A DNA stretch of 64,000 nucleotides from Chloroflexota bacterium (GTDB taxonomy: Bacteria > Chloroflexota > UBA11872 > VXOZ01): positions 3,328,001 to 3,392,000 of the forward strand of contig OY760183.1 in NCBI GenBank assembly GCA_963663275.1, in the 5' to 3' direction. The position numbers were made by a program, and so were the translations under genes. The notes below the pieces were generated by a model. That model was not told where the DNA came from. It was given only the letters and a program-made list of their open reading frames with translations, and searched no databases. This document shows positions 37,757-48,472 of the stretch, piece after piece (within the stretch, counting starts at the first letter, position 1; each line of letters begins with the position of its first letter).

Positions 37757-37981
37757 GCGCGATATGCAATGCCAGCCATAGCGCCGTGAAAGTCATACTA
37801 TCTTGCGCCGGTTGCGGCAATATGGAGCCACAGCCCGCTCTCGTGTTGAGCCAATCCCCATTGAGGCCCGCGCATGGGCGCTACGCGGACTGCGGCAAGT
37901 TCGGCAGAATCCATCTCGCTGCGCAAGAAGCTATGCTATAGTGGAGTTGAGAAGCACGCCGAGCAACTATGGTGGGTACAC

Positions 37982-38167
37982 ATGGAAAACTATGAATTCA
38001 TCAGCACGATAGCGGCAGTGATTGTTGCGGCAGCCGCGGTCGGTGGCTTGGTCTTGCGCATCGAGGTTCGTTTAGGAGAACGCATGACCGCGCTCGAGCA
38101 GCGCGTATCCCGCATTGAAGGTCTGCTCGAAGGCTACTTCCTGCAAGCCAGCAAGCGGGATGAGTAG
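37982..38167 (+). CDS. Small TM plus coiled-coil protein, paralog of 8228-8461
   Basis: RVSRIEGLLEGYF; upstream TGcTATAGT. Confidence 0.72.
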   Translation: MENYEFISTIAAVIVAAAAVGGLVLRIEVRLGERMTALEQRVSRIEGLLEGYFLQASKRDE

Positions 38168-38278
38168 CAGAGACCACGGACCGGTTTAGCCGCCGTGTTC
38201 GTCACCGTAAACTCCGGTTGCGCGTTGTTCTGCGCAAAGAGCTAAGCGTATCCGCCGCGCGCCAGGGAGGCGCTGAGA

Positions 38279-39694
38279 ATGGCCGCAAATGCGCTCGACA
38301 GCCGGCGGGACAAGCCGCCCGGCCCCCGCGATTTCCTGGGCCTGCGCACCGTGGGCGCCCTTAAAGACAACCCGCTTCGGATGATGCGGGACGTCTGGAA
38401 GACCTACGGGGACATCGCCCATCACACGCTGCTCTTCGACCGGGTCTACTTCCTGTCCCATCCCGATTACGTCGGTCACGTCCTGTTGGAGAATCACAAG
38501 AACTACCGGCGCGGCCCGGACTACAAGAAACTCCGGCGGCTGCTGGGCGACGGCCTCGTGACCAATGACGGCGCATCGTGGCTCGCGCAGCGCCGCCTGA
38601 TGCAGCCGGCCTTCCACCGGCGGCACATTGCCGGCTTTGGCGAGACCATGATCGCGGAGACCGAGAAGATGCTGGCGGGATGGGCGGAACCGGCCGCCCG
38701 CGGCGAGCCGCTGGACGTCAGCAGCGAGATGATGCGCGTTACGCTTAACATCGTGAGCCGCGTGATGTTCGGCGCCGACGTGCAGGACGACGCCGAGCGG
38801 CTGGAGCCCCTGGTTACCACGGCGCAGCGCGAGGCCCGCAAGCGGATGTACGTGCTGGTTGACTTTCCGGAGTGGGCGCCCTTGCCGGGCATTCGCCGCG
38901 CCGTCCTGGCGCGGCAGACCATCGACGACGTGGTGCAGCGGTTCATCGACGCCCGCCGCCGGTCGGACGCTTCCCAGGAAAACGACCTGCTCACCCTGCT
39001 GCTGGACGCCAGAGACGAGGATACCGGCGAAGCGATGGACGACGATCAACTGCGGGACGAGGTGCGCACCATCTTCCTGGCCGGACACGAGACCACCGCC
39101 AACGCGCTTTCGTGGACCTGGTACCTGCTGGGACACAATCTCGACGCCGGCCGCAAACTGCGGGAGGAACTCGCCAGTGTCTTGGGCGGCCGGCCGCCCA
39201 CTGTCGCCGACGCCGCGAAACTGCCCTATACGAAGATGGTCGTCCAGGAATCCATGCGTCTCCTGCCGCCGGTGTGGAGCATGTCCCGCGGGGCCATCGG
39301 CGACGACGAAATCGGCGGCTACACCATTCCCGCGGACAGCACCGTTATCTTGAGCCAGTACATGACCCACCGCCACCCGGAATTCTGGGAAGATCCGGAA
39401 GCCTTCATCCCGGAACGCTTCGCGCCGGAGCGCGTGAAAGAACGCCACCGCTTTGCCTACTTTCCCTTTGGCGGCGGGCCGCGGCTCTGCATCGGCAACA
39501 ACTTCGCCATGCTGGAAGCGCAACTGCTGCTCGCTACGATCGCCCAGAAATACGAACTCGACCTGGTTCCCGACCATCCGGTGGAATTGGACCCCCTCAT
39601 CACCCTGCGTCCCAAGTACGGGGTGAAGGTGATGCTCAGGCCGTGCGCGCAGCCTGCCCGGCGCGAAGTTCCCGCTACCGCCGCCGGCGCCTGA
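38279..39694 (+). CDS. Cytochrome P450
   Basis: AGHETT, ESMR (ExxR), PERF, FGGGPRLCIG. Confidence 0.96.
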   Translation: MAANALDSRRDKPPGPRDFLGLRTVGALKDNPLRMMRDVWKTYGDIAHHTLLFDRVYFLSHPDYVGHVLLENHKNYRRGPDYKKLRRLLGDGLVTNDGASWLAQRRLMQPAFHRRHIAGFGETMIAETEKMLAGWAEPAARGEPLDVSSEMMRVTLNIVSRVMFGADVQDDAERLEPLVTTAQREARKRMYVLVDFPEWAPLPGIRRAVLARQTIDDVVQRFIDARRRSDASQENDLLTLLLDARDEDTGEAMDDDQLRDEVRTIFLAGHETTANALSWTWYLLGHNLDAGRKLREELASVLGGRPPTVADAAKLPYTKMVVQESMRLLPPVWSMSRGAIGDDEIGGYTIPADSTVILSQYMTHRHPEFWEDPEAFIPERFAPERVKERHRFAYFPFGGGPRLCIGNNFAMLEAQLLLATIAQKYELDLVPDHPVELDPLITLRPKYGVKVMLRPCAQPARREVPATAAGA

Positions 39695-39719
39695 CGCCCG
39701 CTACCGCCGCCCGGGCTTA

Positions 39720-39919
39720 GAACCTGTTTACTATCTGCTTAGAGATAGAACCTGTTTACTATCTGCTTTGAGGGAGTTTGCAAAGCCGGTGTAAACCGTT
39801 CGTGCTGAGCCCGTCGAAGCATGAACGGTTGCTTGCCAGCGTGCAACGACTCCAATCACCCTTCGACAAGCTCAGGGCGAACGTTCCTCGATGCAGACAA
39901 GACGATCGTAAACAGGTTC
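39720..39919. mobile_element. IS5-family-like MITE with duplicated left end
   Basis: GAACCTGTTTAC at 39720 and 39748, GTAAACAGGTTC at right; TTA TSD. Confidence 0.75.
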
Positions 39920-39953
39920 TTAGGGTATAATTCAAGAGTCCCGCCCCTGCCGT

Positions 39954-40026
39954 GCCCCCGTAGCTCAGTGGACAGAGCAACTGCCTTCTAAGCAGTTGGT
40001 CGGGTGTTCGAATCACCCCGGGGGCG
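39954..40026 (+). tRNA. tRNA-Arg(TCT)
   Basis: Acceptor GCCCCCG/CGGGGGC, anticodon loop CTTCTAA, GTTCGAATC. Confidence 0.95.
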
Positions 40027-40460
40027 CCTCTGTTCCCCAACAGTCCTCAGTCGCCGGCCCTGCCCGGAAAGACGTGCGCTAGCCACGATTCCCCCCACCC
40101 CGGTAGGGGCACGACATGTCGTGCCCCTACCGGGGGCGTGGCGCGCGTCCTGCGAGTTAAGGCACCTCAAGACCCTGCCGGGAGACCTTTGTGCAACCAT
40201 AGTCTGCGCACAATGAAACTCCCTCTCCCTGGGGGAGAGGGCCGGGGTGAGGGGTGAATCTCCGTCGGTTCGGCTCCATTGCGCAAAACTTGGGAGTGAG
40301 GCGCCGCACAATTTCCCCCTCACCCTAACCCTCTCCCCCAGGAGAGGGAACAGGAGGCGCCCGCTCCGCCAGTGCGCCTGCTCACCACGCGCCTCCACTT
40401 GCGCCGCCAAATGCGCGTATAATGAGGAAAACCCGTAAACACAGGAGCGGATTACACACC

Positions 40461-41417
40461 ATGGTGACACTTGGCGACGGCAAGTACACGTACGCCACCA
40501 CGGGAGCCAACTGGGGCAACCTGCCGGACGGGGCCAACTACAAAGAAGCCACGTCGGTAGCCGTAGACTCCCAGGACGACGTCTACGTCTTCAATCGCGG
40601 CACGCACCCCATGGTCGTCTACGACTCGGAAGGCGCCGTGCTGCGCACGTGGGGGCACGGCCTCTTCGACACGCCCCACGGTGTGTCGGTGGGGCCGGAC
40701 GACAGCGTGTACTGCATCGACAGCGGCGATTCTACCGTGCGCAAATTCACGCCGGAGGGCGAGTTGCTCATGACCCTTGGCACGCCGGGCGAACCGGCGG
40801 CGCCCATGAGCGGCCAGCCGTTCAACCGTCCGACGACGGTCGCGTTCGAGCCCGGCACGGACGCCTTCTACGTGGCGGACGGCTACAGCAACGCCCACGT
40901 GCACAAGTTTTCCGGTGACGGAGAACTGCTGCACTCGTGGGGCGCGTCCGGCACGGAGCCGGGCCATTTCAACATCGTGCACGACATCGCGGTGGACGCC
41001 GCCGGACGGGTCTACATTGCCGACCGCGAAAACCACCGCGTGCAGATCTTCTCCGCCGACGGCGCGTTCCTGACGCAGTGGGTGAATCTTTCCAAGGCCG
41101 CCTGTGTGCTCGTGGACCCGCGCGGTGAAGACCTCGTGTACGTCGGCGAGTATTTCGGCGGCATCGACTCCAACGCCATGGGCATGGACCTCGGCCCGCG
41201 CGTCTCCATTCTGGACACCGCCGGCAACGTGCTGGCGCGCCTGGGACGGGAAGCCTACGGCGACGCGCCCGGCCGCTTCTACTCGCCGCACAGCCTCGCC
41301 GTCGACTCTAAGGGCGACATCTACGTGGCTGAAGTCTCGTGGAGCGAGTACGGCAGGAATCTCGACCCGCCGCGGGAATTGCGCTCGCTGCAGAAACTCA
41401 TTCACCAGCCGGCGTGA
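40461..41417 (+). CDS. NHL-repeat beta-propeller (PAL-like)
   Basis: VAVDSQDDVYV, FNRPT, VADGYSN, ADRENHRVQIF; ATG after AGGAG. Confidence 0.9.
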   Translation: MVTLGDGKYTYATTGANWGNLPDGANYKEATSVAVDSQDDVYVFNRGTHPMVVYDSEGAVLRTWGHGLFDTPHGVSVGPDDSVYCIDSGDSTVRKFTPEGELLMTLGTPGEPAAPMSGQPFNRPTTVAFEPGTDAFYVADGYSNAHVHKFSGDGELLHSWGASGTEPGHFNIVHDIAVDAAGRVYIADRENHRVQIFSADGAFLTQWVNLSKAACVLVDPRGEDLVYVGEYFGGIDSNAMGMDLGPRVSILDTAGNVLARLGREAYGDAPGRFYSPHSLAVDSKGDIYVAEVSWSEYGRNLDPPRELRSLQKLIHQPA

Positions 41418-41467
41418 TACGAGTTTGGTGCAAGTAGAGTAAACGCGCAATGAGCAGGAAGGTAGAA

Positions 41468-41506
41468 CAGAGAGCGGGCCGACTGGAATGGTCGGCCCGC
41501 TCTCTG
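41468..41506. terminator. Hairpin between convergent genes
   Basis: CAGAGAGCGGGCCGAC...GTCGGCCCGCTCTCTG. Confidence 0.75.
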
Positions 41507-41564
41507 ATTTCCGCTCTATCGCCTCTGTCAGCCCATCAAGAGACTGTCAGAGCGCAGCCCGGAT

Positions 41565-42998
41565 CTACCCGCTGCCTGCATCATCGATAATGGAATTCAA
41601 CTGATCCTGCAACTGATTCAAGCCCTCAGGTACAGTGATCTCATTAGCGAAGATCGGGGTCATGTTGGGATTGACTGCCTCACGGATCATCTGTGTCCAC
41701 GTCACGACATCGTGGGTCGGCAGCGAGATGGTAGCGCGTAGCGAATCCTCCAGCATGGCGCGTGACGCAGGCGGCCCCGCTGCCTCTGTGTTGGTGTAGA
41801 ACGCAATTGCGGAGTCTAGCCGTGCCGGCACCTCGTTGAAGAGTTCCACCACGCGGTCCTGCACCGACTTCGTGATCGAATGCGCCATCCACTTCCACGC
41901 CGCATCCGGATTGTTGGACGCCGCGTTCATGACGGTGCCGCGGAAGTTGCTGTTGTTGCCGGTCTGCCCGGTGTTTGGTGACTTCGCCAGAAACGTCACG
42001 TCCCAATTCAATGCGGGATCTTCGAAGTAGCGGTTGAAGTACCAGTCGCCGGCCGCGTGGATCGAAACCAAGCCCTGGTTCAAGAAGTAGGCGGGGTGGA
42101 TCCTGTTTTCGCCGCGAAGCGCCGTGTACTCGTCCGGCGTCGGCGCGACCCTGTGCTTGTGCACCATATCGACGCAGAACTGCACCGCATCAATCGATTC
42201 CTGCGTGGCAATGACGCACTTCGACCGGTCCTCGCTCAGCACGCTGCCGCCGTTCATCTGGATGAAGTTGCCCCAGCCGGTCTCGATGCCGTGCAGGTGC
42301 CCCTGGCCGAAGCGCGTGATGTTTTCGCCTTCGCGCTGCGTCAGCTTTTCACCGTATTCCTGCATCGCGTTCCAGTCCCAGCCGTCGCCGAGTTCGGCGG
42401 GCGGCGCCAGGCCGGCGGCTACCACGTGGTCCACGTTGTACTGCGTGTTGCTCGTGCTGTAATTCCACGGCGTGCCGGACGCCTTGCCGTCGGTTGAGTA
42501 CCAGTCGACGAATGACGGCAGCGCGGCCCCCAAGTCGTCCGTGGCCTGCTTGTCGCCGGAAACGTACTGGGACAGGTCGGTGGCGACACGACCGCCCGTA
42601 ATCCACGACTTGATGTTCACGCCGTTCATCAGGAAGATGTCGGGGCCGGTCTGCGCGGCAAGCGCCGCCAGCACTTTGTCCCAGTAGCCGGACGGATTCT
42701 CGACCGTCAGATCGACTTCATCCTGCATCTCGTTGTACTCGTTCACCAGCACGTCGAAGCCGGGCACGTAGGTGGAACCCCACTGCCAGAAGAGTACCGC
42801 CTCTGCCCCCGCGGCCGCGGGCGCTTTGGCTTCCTCTTTCGCCGGCGCGTCCGCCTCCCCGGCGTCTCCCGCGTCACCGGACGGTCCAGCCTGCATGCCG
42901 CAGGCCGCCAGCACTATGCCAGCGCCCGACAGCGTCGCTCCACCCAGGAACGTCCGCCGCGAAACGCCATAGAGCCTGCTCTCTTTCGTCTTATCCAT
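41565..42998 (-). CDS. Carbohydrate-type ABC solute-binding lipoprotein (Tat), orphan
   Basis: SRRTFLGG, LAACG, WDWN; GAGGAGG RBS. Confidence 0.9.
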   Translation of the reverse strand: MDKTKESRLYGVSRRTFLGGATLSGAGIVLAACGMQAGPSGDAGDAGEADAPAKEEAKAPAAAGAEAVLFWQWGSTYVPGFDVLVNEYNEMQDEVDLTVENPSGYWDKVLAALAAQTGPDIFLMNGVNIKSWITGGRVATDLSQYVSGDKQATDDLGAALPSFVDWYSTDGKASGTPWNYSTSNTQYNVDHVVAAGLAPPAELGDGWDWNAMQEYGEKLTQREGENITRFGQGHLHGIETGWGNFIQMNGGSVLSEDRSKCVIATQESIDAVQFCVDMVHKHRVAPTPDEYTALRGENRIHPAYFLNQGLVSIHAAGDWYFNRYFEDPALNWDVTFLAKSPNTGQTGNNSNFRGTVMNAASNNPDAAWKWMAHSITKSVQDRVVELFNEVPARLDSAIAFYTNTEAAGPPASRAMLEDSLRATISLPTHDVVTWTQMIREAVNPNMTPIFANEITVPEGLNQLQDQLNSIIDDAGSG

Positions 42999-43089
42999 CG
43001 CGAAACCTCCTCGCTGTAGAGAGCGTCACCACTCCGGCTGCGCGCACGCGCAACCGCTGTGTGCAGCATAGCGAGCTTTGCCGTGAGCG

Positions 43090-44244
43090 TCAAGAATCGG
43101 ATATCCGCCTCTCCGCGCCGTACGCCAGGCCGTGAACTAGCTGGCGGTACATCAGCACGGTCTTGGCGGCGATGCGTTCCTGGGTAAACTCGCGCAGCAC
43201 GCGCTGCCGCCCTTGCGCGCCCAGTTGGCGGCGCAGCGCCGGTTCGCGGTTGAGCGCGGCCAGCGCCTTCGCCAGCGCCTCCGCGTCTCCCTCCGGAAAG
43301 GTCATGCCGGCCCGCTCCCCATCGTCGCCGCCCACGATTTCAGGAATCTCCCCGGACTCCGACCCCACCACCGGCACGCCGCACGCCATCGCCTCCACGA
43401 GCGCCCGGCCAAACTGCTCTTTCCAACGCGGCGTGGTGAGCGAGGGCAGGACGCAGACGTCCATTTCCCGGTAGTGCGCCGGCATGTCGCCGCTGGGCGC
43501 GTGGCCGCGAAAGTCCACCCGGTCCTGGATGCCCAGTTGCTCGGCCTGGGCGCGCAGCGCCGGCTCCGCAGCGCCGGTACCGAATAGCTGGACGCGATAC
43601 GGAAAATCCAGGCGCGCGGCGGCGGCGAGCAGCACGTGCACCCCTTTCGCCGGCGTCAAGCGCCCCACGTAGCCGATCCGCAAGACCTCGCCGGGATCCG
43701 CCGCCGGAGCCGGCGCGAAAAGCGCGGCGTCCACGCCAAATTGCGGCAAGACCGCGGAAGGACGCGAATAGCGCTTGCGCCGCAGCACTTCCTGCGCCGC
43801 GCGCGTGCCCGCCTGCGCGGCATTCGACCTGAGCAGGCTGTAGAGTTCGAAGAGGTGGAACGGCAGCGGATAGACCCGGTAGATGTTCTGCCAGGCGAAG
43901 AAGACCGTCTTCGCGCCCACCCGCCGCGCCTGCCAGATCGCGTGGGCGGTGGCCAGATTATAGGGTTCCTCATCCACGTGCACCACGTCGGGCCGCCACT
44001 CCCGCAGATGCCGCCGCAGATTGGGGTAGTAGTGCAGATGGTAGTGGCCGTTGAAGCGCATCTCCTCCGCCGCCAACTCATAGCCCGCGGTATAGCGGCG
44101 TTCCAGTTCTTGGCGGTGTTCGCCCTCTTGCCAGTAATGGGGCGCGATGGCGCGCAGTTCCACGTCCGAAAACTTGGCGATCTCTTCCAGCTTGCGCTGG
44201 TACGCGCCCACCACCAGCGCCTTGGAGAGGTAGAGCACGCGCAT
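43090..44244 (-). CDS. GT4 glycosyltransferase
   Basis: YVGRL..KG, EQFGRALVEAMACG; TGATG coupling. Confidence 0.92.
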   Translation of the reverse strand: MRVLYLSKALVVGAYQRKLEEIAKFSDVELRAIAPHYWQEGEHRQELERRYTAGYELAAEEMRFNGHYHLHYYPNLRRHLREWRPDVVHVDEEPYNLATAHAIWQARRVGAKTVFFAWQNIYRVYPLPFHLFELYSLLRSNAAQAGTRAAQEVLRRKRYSRPSAVLPQFGVDAALFAPAPAADPGEVLRIGYVGRLTPAKGVHVLLAAAARLDFPYRVQLFGTGAAEPALRAQAEQLGIQDRVDFRGHAPSGDMPAHYREMDVCVLPSLTTPRWKEQFGRALVEAMACGVPVVGSESGEIPEIVGGDDGERAGMTFPEGDAEALAKALAALNREPALRRQLGAQGRQRVLREFTQERIAAKTVLMYRQLVHGLAYGAERRISDS

Positions 44245-45374
44245 CACCGCACCTGCTTGTAGACGGCCGCCGTCTCCGCGGCCGTGCGTTCCCACGAAAA
44301 GGTCCGCGCCTGCGCCAGCGCCCGCGCGGCGTACTCCCGCCGCTCCGCTGCGGACTCCCACAGGCGGCCGATCGCTTCCGCCCAGGCGGGCGCGTCGTCG
44401 GGCGCGGCCAGGATGCCGCCCGCGCCCACCACCTCCGGCAGGGACGTGGCGTCGCTGCACACCACCGGCGTGCCGCAGGCCATGGCTTCCAACGGATCCA
44501 GGCCGAAACCTTCGTAGAGCGAGGGAAAGACGAAGAGCGTCGCGGCGCGGTACAGCAGCGGCTTGTCCGCTTCGGGAATGCCGCCCAGGAAGCGCACCCG
44601 CTCACCCACGCCCAACGCGGTCGCCTGGCCCACCCAATCGGGAAAGAGCGCCGCTTTGCCGTGGCGCGTGCGGCCCGCCACCACCAGCGTCACCTCTTGC
44701 GGCAGCAAGGTCAGCGCCGTGAAGAGCGTCCCCAGATTCTTGCGCGCGTCCAGGCCGCCCAGGTAGAAGAGAAAACGCTCCGGCAGCGCGTAGCGCCGCC
44801 GCGCGGCCTTCACGTCCTCAGCGGGGATGTCCGGCGAAAAGCGCCCGTCCGCCGCCAGCGGCGCCACGCGCACGTTATCCGCGTCCACGTCCAGGTGCGT
44901 GATGACGTCGCGCCTGGCGGCCTCGGAATCGGTGATGATCGCGTCCGCCTTGGTCGCCGCCGCCATCGCCAGGCTGGTGTAGAGCCGCGCCAGCGGATTG
45001 CCCCGGTAGGCCGGCAGCGTCACCGGGATCAGATCGTGAATCGTGGCGACCAGCGGAAAGGGATGCGCGAGCGGCGGCCCGAAATACGGCACGTGCCCCA
45101 CCGCGTCCTCGCCCAACGCGGCGGCCTGGCGCGGCCACGTCACCTGCTCCCACCACACTTTCGCCAGATTGCCGCCGCCCAATGCGCCCCACAGCGGCGG
45201 GCGCGCGTGGATGCCGCCAACCGGACGCATGGTGTTGCGCGTGAAATAGGGCACCCGCGCGGAGAGCGCCAGGTCCGGATTGTGCTTCTCCAGCGCCCGC
45301 AGCAGGTGATAGACGTATTGCCCACTGCCGGTGTGGTGCACGTTGAGGAAGTACCCGTTTACAGCAATGTCCAT
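44244..45374 (-). CDS. GT4 glycosyltransferase
   Basis: [29 protein letters not shown]. Confidence 0.92.
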   Translation of the reverse strand: MDIAVNGYFLNVHHTGSGQYVYHLLRALEKHNPDLALSARVPYFTRNTMRPVGGIHARPPLWGALGGGNLAKVWWEQVTWPRQAAALGEDAVGHVPYFGPPLAHPFPLVATIHDLIPVTLPAYRGNPLARLYTSLAMAAATKADAIITDSEAARRDVITHLDVDADNVRVAPLAADGRFSPDIPAEDVKAARRRYALPERFLFYLGGLDARKNLGTLFTALTLLPQEVTLVVAGRTRHGKAALFPDWVGQATALGVGERVRFLGGIPEADKPLLYRAATLFVFPSLYEGFGLDPLEAMACGTPVVCSDATSLPEVVGAGGILAAPDDAPAWAEAIGRLWESAAERREYAARALAQARTFSWERTAAETAAVYKQVR

Positions 45375-45385
45375 AAGCGCGCAGG

Positions 45386-47107
45386 CTACTTCTCGAGGGC
45401 TTGCAACGCCAGATACGCCGGGCGCGGCCACAGATTCGCGTCCAACAGCGAGAAGGAGTACGTGCTGTCCGTCGGCTCGATGCGGTTGGCGAAGTTCAGG
45501 TTGAACACCACCATGCCCTGCACGTACGGATACCGCTCCTTCAAGAGTTGATAGGCCTCCACCAGATACCGCGCCTGGTCCTGCTCGGAGATGTCCGCGC
45601 CAAAGGCGAATTCCGGGTGGAGGTTGTGGGTCGTCCAGCCCATCTCGGTGAGCCAGACGCCCTTGCCGGTGTCGCCGTGCTTTCGCAGCACTTCCCAGTG
45701 CTGCTCGAATCGGCGGAAGAAGAACGACCAGTGGTCCTTGAACGAGGTACTCGACGACGTATAGTTGTCCGGCGTGTCGTTCGGCGCGTTGTTGTAGCCG
45801 TAGGGGTGCACGCCCAGCCCGTCGAAGTAGTCCCGGATCATGCCGTCGCGGTAGCGGTACATAGCGTCCAGGTAGCGCACGTCGTCCATGGCCACGCCCT
45901 CGATGTTGACTCCGGTTGACGCCAGGCCGCCGGTGACGACCAACGCGCTGGGATTGCCCCGCTTCACACCGCGATAGCCGGCGGCCAAAAGCTCCACGAA
46001 CTCTCCCGGCGCTACTTTGCCGTCCCAATTGCCGGCCAGGTTTGGCTCATTCCAAAGCTCGTACGCCTGCACCGTGTCGCCGTAACGCGCCGCCAGCAGC
46101 GCCATGAAGTTCTCGAAGTCGCTCAACTGGGCCGGCGGACCGTTGTGGTAGCGGGCGAATTGCTTCCATGAATCCCGGTACGAGCCGGCGATCTGTTGCC
46201 CCGGCGGCACGCCGCTCTGATCGTCCGCGGGCCGCACGCGGCGCATCCACAACGGCGCGGCGTAGATGCCCAGCATCACCTCCAGGCCGTGCCGGTTTGC
46301 CGCCGCCACGATGCGGTCCACCTGTCCCCAGGTATACTCGCCGGGCGCGATCTCCACCGCCTTCCACTCCACCTGCTGCTTGATGCCCGTAAATCCGGCC
46401 GCCTTTGCCAGGTAGAGCACACGCTCCAGCTTGGGATCGTAGAAGAGCGAGACCTGCGTGAAGAGCTTGAGGCCGCCCGCCGGTTGGCCCGGCGCCGGCT
46501 GCTGCCCCGCCTCGCCGCGCAACGCCAGAAACGTCCGTCCCAACGGGGCCAGGACTACCGCCCCGGGCGTGCCGGCCCGGCCTGGATCGTAGCGCAATAC
46601 CGCCCGCTCGAAGTACTGCACCGGATGACGCCACTGGTCGTCGGCCGGCAACTCGCCGGAAATCGGCAGCCCAAACGTCCGCGCGCCGCCGTGCGCCAGG
46701 AAGAATTGCAGAAACGCATGGCGCACCGTGTGTCCGGTTTCGGGAAAGTGTCGCTGCGCCGAGGTCTGCGCTACCGCCTCTTCCGTGCCGAAGAAGCGCC
46801 AGTGCGGATACAGCAGCCGGCCCAGCGGGCTGAGGCGCGCCTGCCCGCGCTCCGGCCACCACTCCAGCCGCGCGTTCTCGAAGTACTGGACGACCAGGCC
46901 GTCTTCCTGCAACTCGCCGGTCAACGGCGCTCCCAGCACCGCCGCGCCGCCCAGCCGCTCGTAATGCCGGCGCATCGCGCCTTGCACGCCCGGATCGGTG
47001 GCGGACTTCGCCTCGTCGCTTGCCATGAGCGGCGTCGGCAAGAGCACGAGACAGCAGAGCGCGAGCAGCGCCCGCGCCTGCCAACGCCGTATGCCAACTC
47101 TGCTCAT
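45386..47107 (-). CDS. Secreted clan GH-A glycoside hydrolase with N-terminal repeats
   Basis: Signal peptide; VQYFENAR, HFPETGHTV repeats; WNEPN, GVHPY, WLTEMGW. Confidence 0.85.
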   Translation of the reverse strand: MSRVGIRRWQARALLALCCLVLLPTPLMASDEAKSATDPGVQGAMRRHYERLGGAAVLGAPLTGELQEDGLVVQYFENARLEWWPERGQARLSPLGRLLYPHWRFFGTEEAVAQTSAQRHFPETGHTVRHAFLQFFLAHGGARTFGLPISGELPADDQWRHPVQYFERAVLRYDPGRAGTPGAVVLAPLGRTFLALRGEAGQQPAPGQPAGGLKLFTQVSLFYDPKLERVLYLAKAAGFTGIKQQVEWKAVEIAPGEYTWGQVDRIVAAANRHGLEVMLGIYAAPLWMRRVRPADDQSGVPPGQQIAGSYRDSWKQFARYHNGPPAQLSDFENFMALLAARYGDTVQAYELWNEPNLAGNWDGKVAPGEFVELLAAGYRGVKRGNPSALVVTGGLASTGVNIEGVAMDDVRYLDAMYRYRDGMIRDYFDGLGVHPYGYNNAPNDTPDNYTSSSTSFKDHWSFFFRRFEQHWEVLRKHGDTGKGVWLTEMGWTTHNLHPEFAFGADISEQDQARYLVEAYQLLKERYPYVQGMVVFNLNFANRIEPTDSTYSFSLLDANLWPRPAYLALQALEK

Positions 47108-47310
47108 CGTGCTGCGGCTATCTCCTCATAGACGACCCGGCGGGGGTTAATCGGGGCGCGCCGAAAGACCGTGCGCTTGGGCTCAGTATAGCAGATAGAC
47201 ACGGCGCTCCACGCCGCCATTACACCCGGGCCAACCCCACAAGCGCCGCGCGCCCGGGGCTCGGTTGGCGCCGCTCAGTGGAGGGAGCGCCGGATGGGCC
47301 GCCACCGCCC

Positions 47311-48468
47311 CTAGAACTCGCCCCCGGCCACCCGCGCCAAATGCGCGCGCAACTCGTCCGCCGCCCGCTCCCAGCTAAAGTGAGCGGCGCGTTCCCTGCC
47401 CGCGCCAGCCAGTTGACCCCGCCGGCGCTCGTCGCTTGCGAGCGTCACCAGCGCCTGGCCGATGGCGGTTTCGTCCGTAGGGTCAACCAGGATTGCCGCG
47501 TCCCCGGCCACCTCCGGCAGCGACGAGGTGTTTCCCGTAATCACCGGCGTCCCGCAGGCCATGGCTTCCAGCACGGGCAGCCCAAATCCTTCGTAGAGGC
47601 TGGGAAAGACGAAGGCCGTCGCGCCGCTGTAGAGCACCGCCAGGTCTTCATCGGCCTCGACGTCACTCAGGAAGCGCACCCGCTCGGCAACATCGTATTC
47701 CCGTGGGGCGTCCAGAATCCGCTCGTAGAGCCAGCCCGGCCGTCCCACGTGCACAAGCCGGTGCGGCAGACCGGCGGCAACCACGGCGCGCATGGCCGCG
47801 ATCATGCGGTCGATGTTCTTGCGCGGCTGTATCGTCCCCACCGAGAGGAAATATGGGTACGCGATGCCGCAGCGCCGCAACACCGCCGCCCGCGCCGCGC
47901 CCGCCGCTACCGGTTGAAAGACCGGATCGACGCCGCTGTAGAGCACGCTGATCTTGGCCGCGTCCACGCCGTACGTTGCCGCCAGGTCCCGTTGCGTGGA
48001 GGCGGAGTCCGCCAGGACCAACCGCGCCCGCGCCGCGCTGCGCGGCACCACGCGCTCCAAGTACGCGCGCAAGGACGCCGGGTAGGACTCCGGAAAGAAA
48101 CGGTACGAGAGATCGTGGACGGTGATGACCCCCGGCGCGCGCCGCAGCGGCGGCAGGGCAAAATCCGGCGCGTAGAAGACGTCCGCGCCGCCCGCCAAGA
48201 GATCGGCAAAGAGCGGCAGCCGCAAACGCTGCCAGAGGCGCGTCAGCGTGCGTTCGGAGAATGGCAGAGTCCGCAGCGTTACGTTGGATTGCTCCAGCAG
48301 GCGGAGCGGCGTTGTTGAAGCAGCCAACGCCCGCGCCGCGTCGCGCGGCGCCAGCAGCACGAACCGGTCGGACGGAAACTGCGCGGCCAGCGCGCCCACC
48401 AGCGAGCGCGTATAGCGGCCGATGCCGGCCGGTTGCGCCGCCGCCGTGAAGTCGATGCCTATTTTCAT
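47311..48468 (-). CDS. GT4 glycosyltransferase
   Basis: [33 protein letters not shown]. Confidence 0.92.
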   Translation of the reverse strand: MKIGIDFTAAAQPAGIGRYTRSLVGALAAQFPSDRFVLLAPRDAARALAASTTPLRLLEQSNVTLRTLPFSERTLTRLWQRLRLPLFADLLAGGADVFYAPDFALPPLRRAPGVITVHDLSYRFFPESYPASLRAYLERVVPRSAARARLVLADSASTQRDLAATYGVDAAKISVLYSGVDPVFQPVAAGAARAAVLRRCGIAYPYFLSVGTIQPRKNIDRMIAAMRAVVAAGLPHRLVHVGRPGWLYERILDAPREYDVAERVRFLSDVEADEDLAVLYSGATAFVFPSLYEGFGLPVLEAMACGTPVITGNTSSLPEVAGDAAILVDPTDETAIGQALVTLASDERRRGQLAGAGRERAAHFSWERAADELRAHLARVAGGEF

Positions 48469-48472
48469 GCCG

